A DNA stretch of 63,254 nt, the filler included, from Octopus bimaculoides (lineage: Eukaryota): NCBI RefSeq assembly GCF_001194135.2. It is 4 parts of 4 records of this genome, joined end to end, with 100 filler letters (N's around TTAATTAATTAA, not from the genome) between each part and the next. Parts side by side here need not be neighbours in the genome. Positions count along the whole stretch, not along the records: positions 1 to 28,590 come from NC_068981.1; positions 28,691 to 42,122 come from NC_068987.1; 2 more parts are not named here. One strand, given 5' to 3'. This document shows, in pieces, positions 23,558 through 35,361 of the stretch; position 1 is the stretch's first letter; every line of letters starts with the position of its first letter. Made by a program: the position numbers and the translations under genes. A model generated the notes under the pieces. The model was given only the letters and a program-made list of their open reading frames with translations, ran no database searches and was not told the DNA's origin.

Positions 23558-23932
23558 TTCGGCACTCCGTCAGTTACGACGCGAGGGTCCCGGCTGATCC
23601 GATGAACGGAACAGCCTGCTCGTGAAATTAACATGCAAGTGGCTGAGCACTCCACAGACATGTGTACCGCTTAACGTAGTTCTCGGGGATATTCAGCGTG
23701 ACACAGAGTGTGACAAGTCTGGCTCTTTGAAATACAGGTACAACAGAAACAGGAAGAAAGAATGAGAGAAAGTTGTGGTGAAAGAGTACAGCAAGGTTCG
23801 CCACCACCCTCTGTCGGAGCTTCGAGAAGCTTTAAGTGTTTTCGCTCAATAAACACTTACAACGCCCGCTCTGGGAATCGAAACCGCGATCCAGTGACCA
23901 CGAGTCCTAACCACTGGGCCATTGTGCCTCCG
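23558..23932 (-). mobile_element. tRNA-derived SINE, family B, full length
   Basis: Minus head ggaggcacaatggcccagtggttagg...ggtttcgattccc; body matches 55411-55786 and 61768-62056. Confidence 0.92.
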
Positions 23933-24430
23933 CATACATATATATATATATGCATATACACGTACACGCACACACACACACACACACACATGTAACAAAT
24001 CTAACAACAGCAACAATATTATGAAGATTATAAAAGTTAAACCCTCAACCAAAAACCGAGTTAATCTCTATATTCTGTCACCGTCACCCCACCCGTAATA
24101 TATCCGGAAACTTTCAGTTTAGGGTGTGGTATTTAATATATAGGTCATCCGTTTGACGGAGTTTTCATATTAACTGAGATATTTCTGACTTTTATGTTGT
24201 TGTTGTTGTTGTTGTTGCTGGTGTTGTTTTTTGTGAAAGTGATGGTGCTGTTGATCGTGGTGGATTGTCGTTGTAAGTGGTGATGGTGGGGGTGTACTTG
24301 GTACCAGGATCGTCGTTTGTAAAGAGGTAAAGGTGAGGGTATTGTTGAAATTTGTTGTCGTTGTTGTTGCTGTGGTGGTGGTGTTGGTGCTCGTGGGGTT
24401 GGATTCCTAGTGATCTTGCTGTAGTGGTGT

Positions 24431-24732
24431 GAAGGCGCGTGGTTTAATGATTAGGGCATTCGGCTCCCGATCGTATAGTCGTGAGTTCAATTCCCGGCGA
24501 CGCGTTGTGTCCTTGAGCAAGACACTTCATTTCACATTTCTCCGGTCCACTCAGCTGGCAAAAATGAGTAGTACCTGATAGTCAAAGGGCCATCTTTGTT
24601 ACGTTCTGTCTCCTGCTGAATTTCCCTGAGAAATATGTTGCGGGTGCACGTGTCTGCGGAGTGATCAGCCACTTGCACGTTAATTCCACGAGGAGACTGA
24701 AACCCTCATTGTCGTAACCGACAGAGTGCGTG
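24431..24732 (+). mobile_element. Mosaic SINE: family D head plus family B 3' half
   Basis: Head gcgttgtgtccttgagcaagacacttcatttca; tail cacgtgtctgcggagtgatcagccacttgcacgttaatt...gtcgtaaccgacagagtgc. Confidence 0.8.
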
Positions 24733-25035
24733 CTAGTTTAGTCTAGTTGTGGTGGTCATGTGGCAGTTAGCATATACATGTTGTGGTTTGTATTGTGTAT
24801 GTGTGCTGTGTTTGTACGTGAGTGCGCGTGCGCAAGTGTGTGTGTGTGTGTAGTGGAAACCTGTTATTATAAGTTGAAAATTAACTGAAAAAAGAATCGT
24901 TATGATTCTAGATTCCCATATTTATAATAATTTATTGACTTTGAGTTTGAAGTTTAGCCATCAATTGGCCTCGTCAGGCCATGACAATAAACAGAGGCCT
25001 GCAACTAGCGAAAAATCTAAGTCAATATTTATGAA

Positions 25036-25077
<42 letters not shown>

Positions 25078-25352
25078 TTCTTTATTGGCCACACAGGGCT
25101 GAACACAGAGGGGGCAAAATACAAAGTAGAGCTTTTCTTTTTGGGAAGAAGAAAGAAAAAAATGAATTTCGATCAAAAGGGATCGTGGAAAAAAAAAGCC
25201 GATCAATAGAGATCGTTAGCCACACAGGGTCCAACACAGAGGGGACAAAATACAATGTAGAACTTTTTTTGAAAAAAGAATAAAAGGAGAAAAATATAAT
25301 TTCGATCAAAAGGGATCGTGAAAAAAAAATAGCCGATCGAAAGGGATCGTGT
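25078..25352 (-). mobile_element. Tandem dimer (~130-bp unit) of a retroposon 3' end with a (TCTA)n tail
   Basis: Units ~25087-25217 and ~25218-25350. Minus-strand end ccctctgtgttcagccctgtgtggccAATAAAgaaa(tcta)n. Confidence 0.7.
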
Positions 25353-25379
25353 ATCACAGAAAATATTATAAATGTTACA

Positions 25380-25495
<116 letters not shown>

Positions 25496-25776
25496 GACGA
25501 AAGATGAAGAATGTGTATTTTCAAATTTGACTGTGCCTATACCGGGTGGCGCATATAAAACTAGACATTGACATGGGCTAAAACTGGCCGAACTCCAAGT
25601 TATCTCAGTTGTAGCTCAAATCTTAAAGACACGACAGAGAAGCAATGTAAAGTCGCGATGTAAAGTCTTCACACACAACACGTGTCTGTTTTGTTAGTAT
25701 ACATCTGTATTGGTTAATCCCCATAGATTTCCAGAAATAATACAGGAGTTAAATAGACTTAATTTCCCTAAGGACA

Positions 25777-25817
<41 letters not shown>

Positions 25818-25835
25818 AACACACATCAGCTGCGA

Positions 25836-25876
<41 letters not shown>

Positions 25877-26223
25877 GTGAGTGTCTATATATACATTTAT
25901 ATATATAATATATATGAACATGTGCGTATGTGTATACATATATATATATATATCTATATATATATATATATATCTATATATCTGTGTAAATATTTACCAA
26001 TCGTTCCAGCACTCTCTGTATATATAAGTTCGCGTGTAAGGAAGAGAGAGGGGGGAGTGAGAGATAGGGGTGAGGGAGAGGAGGGACAGATAACTAGTGA
26101 GAGAGTGTATATACGTATGCATACAAGCATATTTGAAGAACGTATATATAATACTCACATACATATATATGTGTAAAGACACTCTCCCTTCAGTGTATGT
26201 GTGTGTATTTGTGTGTGTGTGTA

Positions 26224-26280
<57 letters not shown>

Positions 26281-26466
26281 NNNNNNNNNNNNNNNNNNNN
26301 NNNNNNNNNNNNNNNNNNNNNNNNNNNNNNNNNNNNNNNNNNNNNNNNNNNNNNNNNNNNNNNNNNNNNNNNNNNNNNNNNNNNNNNNNNNNNNNNNNNN
26401 NNNNNNNNNNNNNNNNNNNNNNNNNNNNNNNNNNNNNNNNNNNNNNNNNNNNNNNNNNNNNNNNNN

Positions 26467-26516
<50 letters not shown>

Positions 26517-26572
26517 AAACACACACATAAATGAAACATAACTTAATTTTCTTTCTACAACTTTTCAAGATC

Positions 26573-26622
<50 letters not shown>

Positions 26623-26960
26623 TTCTCTCTTTCTCTCTCTCTCACGCTCACACACACACGCACATACACACTTTTGTTTCCTTCCGCCCCTCCTCGGTTT
26701 TTCTCTTACTTTTCCTCCTCTGTCTTTCCTACCTCTCCCCCTATTATGCTTCTGTTGTTTTCTCTTCTCCGTCTTCTGTCGCCATTAAATTTATATCCTT
26801 ATTTTCTTCCTATTTTGTTTGTTTCCGACAATAAACTCCATAAACACGCAACAATTGTTAACATACAAAGCTGTTTCTCTCACAAATATTTTCTGTAACG
26901 TACATTTATTCCTTTAAATCTTATTTCGCTATGAACTTTTGGTGTTTGTTGAGTTTTCAG

Positions 26961-27065
26961 AAACGCTTACAAACCAAATACAAAATGGAAGTAATGGCGT
27001 TTGTAGAAACTGTCCAAACCTTTTCTTAGATCCAGATATTTCTGTTCCACCGTCACACACACAAG
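26961..27065 (+). other. Candidate 105-nt internal exon (phase 1-1, open frame)
   Basis: tttgttgagttttcAG | (x)TLTNQIQNGSNGVCRNCPNLFLDPDISVPPSHTQ | CAAG/GTAATT. No homology recognised. Confidence 0.2.
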
Positions 27066-27951
27066 GTAATTATCTACACCTGATGACGTTTCCACTAATT
27101 GCAAATAATTTTGTTTTCCTAAACAATGCTGTTAAAAGTCATTGGGTGTTTCGATTTATCTGGGCGCGAATATGTTTAAAAAGGAAATATCTCAATCTGT
27201 CGAAGGAGAAATAAGCGCCGATATCTATCTACACCATAACATTTTAATATATACTCTCTGTTAACTATTTACACAACTCGACCATTAAATTTTTGATGAC
27301 GGGCATTCCATTTATCTTACTGCAAAAATGCTTTCCTGTGGATAATATCTTTCTTTTTAAACATGCGAATTTGAAATTGTCCTAAAAGAGAATCAGGAAA
27401 AAATACTAGAAATTTACTCATGAAGGAAATATCTACAAAATATGCTTCTAAATTATGGCTAACTTCTAAAAATCTTTGACAGTTTAATTTATTAAAGGAC
27501 TTTCTGTTTTACTCTTCAATTCCAATCATAGTTTTAGTTATGATTTCGTTGTAGTTTAATTATAGATTCCTGTTTATCAGCCCCGCACCCCAAAAAAAGG
27601 AAATTTACACATATATCTGTTTTCACAAGTAAATAGATATATTTATATCTATTTAGATTGTAACTGTCCATCACATATATATATACATACATATAATTAT
27701 ATATATATATATNNNNNNNNNNNNNNNNNNNNNNNNNNNNNNNNNNNNNNNNNNNNNNNNNNNNNNNNNNNNNNNNNNNNNNNNNNNNNNNNNNNNNNNN
27801 NNNNNNNNNNNNNNNNNNNNNNNNNNNNNNNNNNNNNNNNNNNNNNNNNNNNNNNNNNNNNNNNNNNNNNNNNNNNNNNNNNNNNNNNNNNNNNNNNNNN
27901 NNNNNNNNNNNNNNNNNNNNNNNNNNNNNNNNNNNNNNNNNATATATATAC

Positions 27952-28013
<62 letters not shown>

Positions 28014-28015
28014 CA

Positions 28016-28558
28016 AACTTACTTGGAAAAGGATGCGTGACGTTCGATTATATAATAATATAAACATATAGATATATGCATATATCCATACATACATGCA
28101 TATATGGGTACAGGACATCAAGAAAAAAAACCTAAATACAATGAGAAACGAAAAACGAAAACAGAAACCGAACTTTTTTCGAGCAACGAAAAAAAAAGAG
28201 AAATCAAACAGAGAAACAAGACATGCAACATAAAGAGTACATCCCTTCGTCAGTTGTCCCTGTCCATAAACGCGGAGTAGATGGACAGGTACAACTGACG
28301 AAGGGATGTACTCTTTATGTTGCATGTCTCGTTTCTCTGTTTGTTTTTTTCGTTGTTCGAAAAATGTTCGGATTCTGTTTTCGTTTTTCGTTTTTCATTG
28401 TATTTAGGGGATTTTTTTTTTTGATGTCCTGTACCCATATATGCATGTATTTATACATATAGATGTATGTATGTACATATATGTATGGATATATGCATAT
28501 ATCTATATATTTATATTATTATATGATCGAACCCTACGCATTCTTCTCCAAGTAAGTT
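28016..28558. repeat. ~540-bp imperfect palindrome (fold-back), 13-nt loop
   Basis: Left arm 28016-28267 pairs with right arm 28281-28558; about 90% identity by eye plus a microsatellite indel. Confidence 0.95.
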
Positions 28559-28590
28559 ATATCTATATGTATATATATATATATATATAT

Positions 28591-28690
28591 NNNNNNNNNN
28601 NNNNNNNNNNNNNNNNNNNNNNNNNNNNNNNNNNTTAATTAATTAANNNNNNNNNNNNNNNNNNNNNNNNNNNNNNNNNNNNNNNNNNNN
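28591..28690. other. Artificial scaffold linker: 44 N + TTAATTAATTAA + 44 N
   Basis: Exactly 100 nt, identical at 42123-42222 and 62057-62156. The core gives stops in all six frames. Confidence 0.95.
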
Positions 28691-29704
28691 AACCTAACAC
28701 AACTCTCAATTTCATGCATCCTTATTTTTCCAACTATCATCTACATGGATTACCATTGAACTTTAAAAGCTCAAAGACAATATAATGTATTGGTATATTT
28801 ATTTTTCTATAATTTATTTTTTTTATATATTATTTTTTACTTTTTTGTAAAAAAACATTTTCATTCTCCCTCTTCTTGAAAATTTGCCATTCAATGAAAG
28901 CCAGTTAGAAATCTATATTAAAATATGCTTTCAGTTTAGCATTCTGCCTTATTATTTTTCCTTTTCCTATTATTTCTTCACGTGCGGTTAACACAACCCC
29001 ACTATTTACTGACTTATATATATATACATATATATATATATATAAAACTTAATTTGGTCTCTAAAGGAACATAATAAACAATTCAGCTTGGAATGAAAAA
29101 TTCTATCTAAATCCTTCCCGTATGACAAAGATAAACTTTTTATCTGCTCTGTAACAAGGAGCAATTTCTCATCCTTTTCTCAGAGAATACTCTTGTAAAT
29201 ACGTTTAAAGAACGCGTTTATCATTGTAAACATTGGCAAAAAACATATCTTTAGTTCTTATATGTAATTTCTACCAATCTATAAAATTCGACCTTTAACT
29301 GTCTTCTTACATTTCATTTCCTCTACATACATGTGTTTCCACGCGTTTAAACTTAATTCCCTTTCACCTATTTTACAATATTTTACCATTCTTAATTTTC
29401 TGTTAATTTCTTTCTTTCTCCTCTTTCTCATTCTCTAAATTACCTTTCATGTTAAATCTATTAACGGCTTAAAAAATAACCTGCTTGCATTCCCCTTCAT
29501 CATATTCCTTTTTTCTTTCTCCCACCACTTGTTATTCTCTGACTTTCTTTTTATTTTCTTTCTCTCGCCTGTATCAACTAGGTTGTATAAGCATACACAA
29601 GGAGGATATTATGCGCATGCATGTGTGTGTGTGTGTGGATACATATATATGCATTTGTTTATATTTATGTTTTGCCTATATTTGTCTGTATGTGTATGTA
29701 GCCA

Positions 29705-29870
29705 TGTTTCTGCAGCTTTTGGTGGTCCAAATCGGATGTGCAATCTATGTGGGTGTCCTTTCAGAACATTGTCTGGTTTAAAAAGCTACATTAGATGCCA
29801 TGATGGTACTAAGGTGTAGGTACAGGAGGTGGTCAAACTCTGCATAAGGAGTAGACAACCACCATGTTTA
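29705..29870 (+). pseudogene. 3' end of a LINE ORF with a degenerate C2H2 finger plus short UTR (RTE-like)
   Basis: AAFGGPNRMCNLCGCPFRTLSGLKSYIRCHDGTKV*: C-x2-C-x12-Y-x3-H, where TAC is one transition from CAC (His). Followed by ggtcaaactctgcataaggagtagacaacc. Confidence 0.5.
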
Positions 29871-30270
29871 GTGTATATATGTGTATATATGTATATATAG
29901 GTTGTTTGGTATGTGTATGTATTACTAAATGTATATGTGTTCTAGGATGTTAGCTCTTTGTGAAAGGTTTTTTGAACGAATATATCTTTTAATTTATTTA
30001 AATTTATTATTTTTTACCATTAATTATTTACCCTGGGTATTCGGGTCTTTTTTTCCTTCTACATAAGCTATTTTTGATTTAAGGTTTTCTTTGATTTTTA
30101 TAATGATATGATTTTAAGCCACAATTGTAATTTCATGCAACCTGTTATTGTAAAGACCGTTAGTTGAAAGGACCAATGAACCAAAAACTTTTCAAATGTG
30201 TATCTATCAAAGCAATTGCATATTTTTATTGTATAATGTATATCTATCAAAGCAATTCTATATTTTATTT

Positions 30271-31510
30271 ATCATCATCATCATCATCATCGTTTAACGT
30301 CCGCTTTCCATGCTAGCATGGGTTGGACGATTTGACTGAGGACTGGTGAAACCGGATGGCAACACCAGGCTCCAGTCTGATTTGGCAGAGTTTCTACAGC
30401 TGGATGCCCTTCCTAACGCCAACCACTCAGAGAGTGTAGTGGGTGCTTTTACGTGTCACCCGCACGAAAACGGCCACGCTCGAAATGGTGTCTTTTATGT
30501 GCCACCCGCACAAGCCAGTCCAGGGGCACTGGCAACGATCTCGCTCGAAAATCCTACAGGAGCCAGTCAGGCGGTACTGGCNNNNNNNNNNNNNNNNNNN
30601 NNNNNNNNNNNNNNNNNNNNNNNNNNNNNNNNNNNNNNNNNNNNNNNNNNNNNNNNNNNNNNNNNNNNNNNNNNNNNNNNNNNNNNNNNNNNNNNNNNNN
30701 NNNNNNNNNNNNNNNNNNNNNNNNNNNNNNNNNNNNNNNNNNNNNNNNNNNNNNNNNNNNNNNNNNNNNNNNNNNNNNNNNNNNNNNNNNNNNNNNNNNN
30801 NNNNNNNNNNNNNNNNNNNNNNNNNNNNNNNNNNNNNNNNNNNNNNNNNNNNNNNNNNNNNNNNNNNNNNNNNNNNNNNNNNNNNNNNNNNNNNNNNNNN
30901 NNNNNNNNNNNNNNNNNNNNNNNNNNNNNNNNNNNNNNNNNNNNNNNNNNNNNNNNNNNNNNNNNNNNNNNNNNNNNNNNNNNNNNNNNNNNNNNNNNNN
31001 NNNNNNNNNNNNNNNNNNNNNNNNNNNNNNNNNNNNNNNNNNNNNNNNNNNNNNNNNNNNNNNNNNNNNNNNNNNNNNNNNNNNNNNNNNNNNNNNNNNN
31101 NNNNNNNNNNNNNNNNNNNNNNNNNNNNNNNNNNNNNNNNNNNNNNNNNNNNNNNNNNNNNNNNNNNNNNNNNNNNNNNNNNNNNNNNNNNNNNNNNNNN
31201 NNNNNNNNNNNNNNNNNNNNNNNNNNNNNNNNNNNNNNNNNNNNNNNNNNCCTGGAATGAGATAGAAGTTGTTTCCTGTTTGTTTGCAATCTTTATTGCA
31301 CCTGAACATCTGCCACAAACAAAAACTAACTTGCTAGTTAACCTGCCTTTGATGTTGCTGCACCTCTTATGTGTCCATAGCTTGCACCGGGTACATCTTA
31401 TAGAGTTACTACCTACTCCTTTTCTACATACTGAGCAGGGCCATCTACCTGAAGGGGTTTGTGTTTTATCTACCTTCCTACTTATTAGGATTTTGGTTTT
31501 AGCTAGGTTA
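30271..31510 (-). mobile_element. 5'-truncated RTE-clade LINE (young copy), gap at 30582-31250
   Basis: NLAKTKILISRKVDKTQTPSGRWPCSVCRKGVGSNSIRCTRCKLWTHKRCSNIKGRLTSKLVFVCGRCSG; 3' tail ...gcggacgttaaac(gat)n; possible TSD tatattt(t)attta on both sides. Confidence 0.9.
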
Positions 31511-31994
31511 TATTTATTTATGCATATAACCTTATTTTGTTCCATTCTAAACAAAACTGTCCGACAAACGGAAACGTTCTTATAAATGTTGTGCATGATG
31601 TTTGAATTCAGAATTTGAATTGTGTAGATAGACGTTGACACATTATTCTTACCAGTTGGGACACATGTTAAGCCCTAAGGTATGTTTCTTTGTGTGTTAA
31701 TTTCTATGTACAGGAATGTTCTCCTGATGAGAAGAATGGATCCACTTTTGGTTCCTAACTTTGAAATTACAATAGAGGACTAACCTTTTTTTTTTATTTA
31801 AATTTTGAATTTTTATGTCATGTCATTCGCTGACAGCGTTTATGGTTTAAGGAGATATAATATGAGTGGTTATAATAGCCTTATAGCGGTTTTAACTATT
31901 TCTGGACATGTAAGGGTTTTTATAACCCTATCTCTTATAATTGTGATTTATTCACAATCATATACTCTTCTTTTATATATATATCCTTTATTTG

Positions 31995-32240
31995 TTCCAG
32001 TCATTGGACTCTGGCTATCCTGGAGCACCTCCTTGAAAGAGGTCGAATTGACCTCAGTGGTCAAGCAGTGGTGGGACACACACATGTCAGGCTTTTATAC
32101 AATTTTCTTTTAACAGATTTGTTTATAAGGCATGGTTGACTCGGGCCCATAGTAGGAGGTATTGCTCAAGGTGCTACACTGTGGGACTGGACCCAAAACC
32201 TCATGGTTGCAAAGTAAGTGGGCTTTTCAACAACACAGTC
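31995..32240 (-). mobile_element. Degenerate SINE family C fragments
   Basis: ccagtcattggactctggctatcctggagcacc (tail) and tagtaggaggtattgctcaaggtgctacactgtgggactggaccc (head), CpG-decayed. Confidence 0.55.
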
Positions 32241-32375
32241 ATATATGTGTCTGTCTATGTTGTCAATCTATCTATAGATAGATGAATAGATAAAGGATAG
32301 ATAGATAGATAGATTGATAGATTGATAGATAGATAGATAGATAGGGAGGGGGAGAGATAGATAGATAGATAGATG

Positions 32376-32580
32376 TTACCATCATTGTTTTAATGTCCAC
32401 CTTTTTTCATGCTCAGACAAGATTCATTAAGGCAGATTTTCTAAGATTGGATGCCTTTCCTCTTTTCAAGTAAGGTAGTGTTTCCCATGTTTTCATAGAA
32501 GACTGGAAACAAATGTTGTCACTTGTATGATGGTTAACACTTACTAACAACTATTATGCACTGCCAAGTCAAGGAAAAAC
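32376..32580 (-). mobile_element. Degenerate retroposon carrying the RTE-type 3' tail
   Basis: catcattgttttaatgtccacc...catgct...ggatgcctttcct resembles catcgtttaacgtccgctttccatgct...ggatgcccttcct at 30290-30415. Confidence 0.55.
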
Positions 32581-32594
32581 ACATACAATGCACA

Positions 32595-32765
32595 TATATA
32601 ATGGGCTTCTTTCAGTTTCTGTTTACCAGATCCACTCATAAAATTTAATTAACCCAGGATTATAGTAGCAGACAATTTCCCAAGATGTCATGTGGTAGGA
32701 CTAGACCCAAAACCATGAGATTAGGATGCAAACTTCTTGACTGCACAACCATACCTTCTCATACA
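32595..32765 (-). mobile_element. Degenerate SINE family C head
   Basis: atgggcttctttcagtttctgtttaccagatccactca...tagtagcagacaatttcccaagatgtca. Confidence 0.75.
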
Positions 32766-32964
32766 CAGCCATACTTATACAACAGCCATGCCTTTACCTA
32801 CACAGCTATGCTCATAATCTTCATTAGCATTTTAAAATCTGTTCTATACAGTCATACACACAGGGTTGGATTAAGTGCCATAGAGACCCTAAGCACTTAG
32901 AAGATTTTGGTGTCCCCAAATATATGTAGTTTAAAATATAAACAACAGCAAACTATAAAAGTCT

Positions 32965-33145
32965 GAAATTTTGGGGGAGGAGACTAGTCAATTACATCGA
33001 CCTCAGTGTGTTACTGGTATTTAATTTATTGACCCCAAAGGGACAAAAGGCAGAGTTGGCCTTGGAATTTGAACTCAGAATGTAAAGGGCAAAATGTCGC
33101 TAAGCATTTTGCCTGGCAATCTAACGATTCTACCAGTTTGGTGCC
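32965..33145 (-). mobile_element. Degenerate SINE family A
   Basis: ggaatttgaactcagaatgtaaag...gctaagcattttgcctggc...aacgattctaccag. Confidence 0.8.
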
Positions 33146-34159
33146 TAGTAAGATAGAAAAATAATGTTTATCTTTTTGCACTTCCAATTTATTTATATTT
33201 AAAAAAGTTTCTCCTACTTTTTTTAAATGCAAAGTCTTTGATCAGATCCTCACTATGAAACCACGAACACTGTGAATTTATATTTCTGATCATACAAACA
33301 AAAGCAAATATTATTCTAACAAATTTATAGTGATTTCTTTTGTGCCTTCAACCACATACCATTTATTTCTGTGATGCCCATCATTCCTTTGATGCCCTAA
33401 GCAAGCACGTTGTTATTTTGCATAATGGTTAATCCAGTGCTGCATACACACACAGTTTTGAGTGCATTCATATAGATAGAAAACCCATTTGTTGTAAGTG
33501 AAACAAAACATTATGCTCTTTGAGTAAACTAACCAAGATCTCATCAGGGCCTAGCTGCTTTCAATGTGTTTTCAGTATACTTTACAATACTTTTTCAATA
33601 TTTATTTGAGAAATTTCTATTTTGCTTATTATAAACCCTACTAGGTTTGGTATATGCACCATCTGTTTTTTCTTTATTTTGAAAATAAATAGCATTATGA
33701 ACCAGAATGTGAAATCACTATATTCATTAAACTGAATTTGTTTCTTGGTTCCTATTCCTGCTCTGTTTTCTTCTATTTTAATGTTGATTACTGTGATCAT
33801 CATTTCTATCAAAAGTGTCAACATTGGATCAAAAATTGCAAGAAACTGCTCCCTCCTTTTTTGCAGTATCCCTCATGTTTTGCTTTACTGATGCTTAGTT
33901 GGTTTGTTTCAGTTTAGATATTGACAATCTTAACATTGTAAAATAGTCTGATTGCATTTTGTATTCAGAAATTTCATCAGATCAGTTATCCATGGGTTTG
34001 GTATCCACTTAAGCACTTTTGTGAACTCATTGCTGTATTTTTTTGGGGTGGTGGGGTCTTAACATTTGTTGAAAACAGGGTAAATATCATTAACTACAGC
34101 TGGGCAGGGCTTGATTATGATGGATGAATAAGACTGAACAAAGTGCATGTTATTCAAGT

Positions 34160-34320
34160 CTCCTACTTTGGCATTGATGTTGCCCACAATGACTACTATG
34201 TCCTCATTTTAGTCATTTGTTCATTGTGTTCTGTAGTTTTTCATAGAATGAATCAATCATTTCCTCATCCTCATCAGAAGTTGGTGCATGTACTTATATA
34301 ATGGATATTGGATTCAAACC
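34160..34320 (-). pseudogene. RTE/BovB-like APE endonuclease fragment
   Basis: ISII*VHAPTSDEDEEMIDSFYEKLQNTMNK / frameshift / EDIVVIVGNINAKVG matches the APE motifs IIQVYAPT...FY..LQ and MGDFNAKVG. Confidence 0.8.
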
Positions 34321-35361
34321 TACAAAATAGAATTGTTCATTTAATAGAATATAAACACTAAAGGAAATATTTCTTAAAAGCTATTTGTGTTACAGATATT
34401 GATTTGTAAAAACTGTTTTGTATAAGCCATTGAAATCAAAAATTAAATAAAATATATAGTATTTGTTTCATTTCATATAAGATATTTTGTACACTTCAAA
34501 ATCACATGCATGCAGTTTAATTACAAAACAGTTTAATATTCACTTAAAACAATGTTAGAGTGCAGGCATGGCATAGCAGTTAGAGTATATTACCCAATAT
34601 AATGTTAATATTCTAATTTATTAACTTGGATAAACTCAAATTTAATGGACTGTTGTCACTCTGTCATTCATTCTAAATGATGAGAACACAAAGAATTCAA
34701 GCTAATTATATTTCTCTGCTATGCCTTATTAATTTAAACATTGAAACATTTTTACGATATTGAATACCATTTCCAGGTATTATGTGCAGGTCCATTGGCA
34801 GGTTTTGGTGCTAGGAATGAGCTTCCAAAGTTTCTCAGTTTGCACTTTAATTCACAATAATACTGAGGCAGAATTCAAAATAAGTACAACATCATAATTT
34901 TACAATTTCTTTAAATTAAGAGCATCAGGATTTTATGATATCTTTGCATTGTTGGCAATTGATATATTTAATAAGAAGGGGTAAAAATGATAATTAAAGA
35001 AACATTTTAGAATTCAAAATAGAAAAGATATTTTAATTTGAATTAAGTACAATAAATTTTTAGCAACCAAAATAAAATTTAAAATGTTTTAAAGTAAAAC
35101 AAAAATTTAGGAATTATTATTCATTTTGTAAAACAGACATGAGGGAAACAAAACTATTTCAGTGAACTTTCTGATAGATTTAATCAAATTTTAAAATAAA
35201 AAATAATAAAATGTCTGGCAATTTAAAGAATTTGCCTTTCACCTGAAATCAGTGGGAAGAAATAAAATAATTTAATGTCAAAATGAATAATTGGTTCAAG
35301 CACTGAGTATGGCGGTCTATGTATATACATATATGTGTGGTTTCCATGGGTGTATGTGTAT

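Noticed and set aside
30199-30270. Repeat tatctatcaaagcaatt...atattttatt next to the RTE tail as a TSD
   Set aside because: Both copies are on the same side of the element, so it is a local tandem duplication.
31680-31713. Plus-strand GT-AG intron followed by the short terminal exon ECSPDEKNGSTFGS*
   Set aside because: A 34-nt intron is implausibly short. The sites are kept only as separate weak signals.
33530-33572. Minus-strand GAAAG-cag-CTA-ggcc-CTGATGA type II hammerhead-like string
   Set aside because: Stems are only 2-3 bp and there is no PLE context; consistent with chance.
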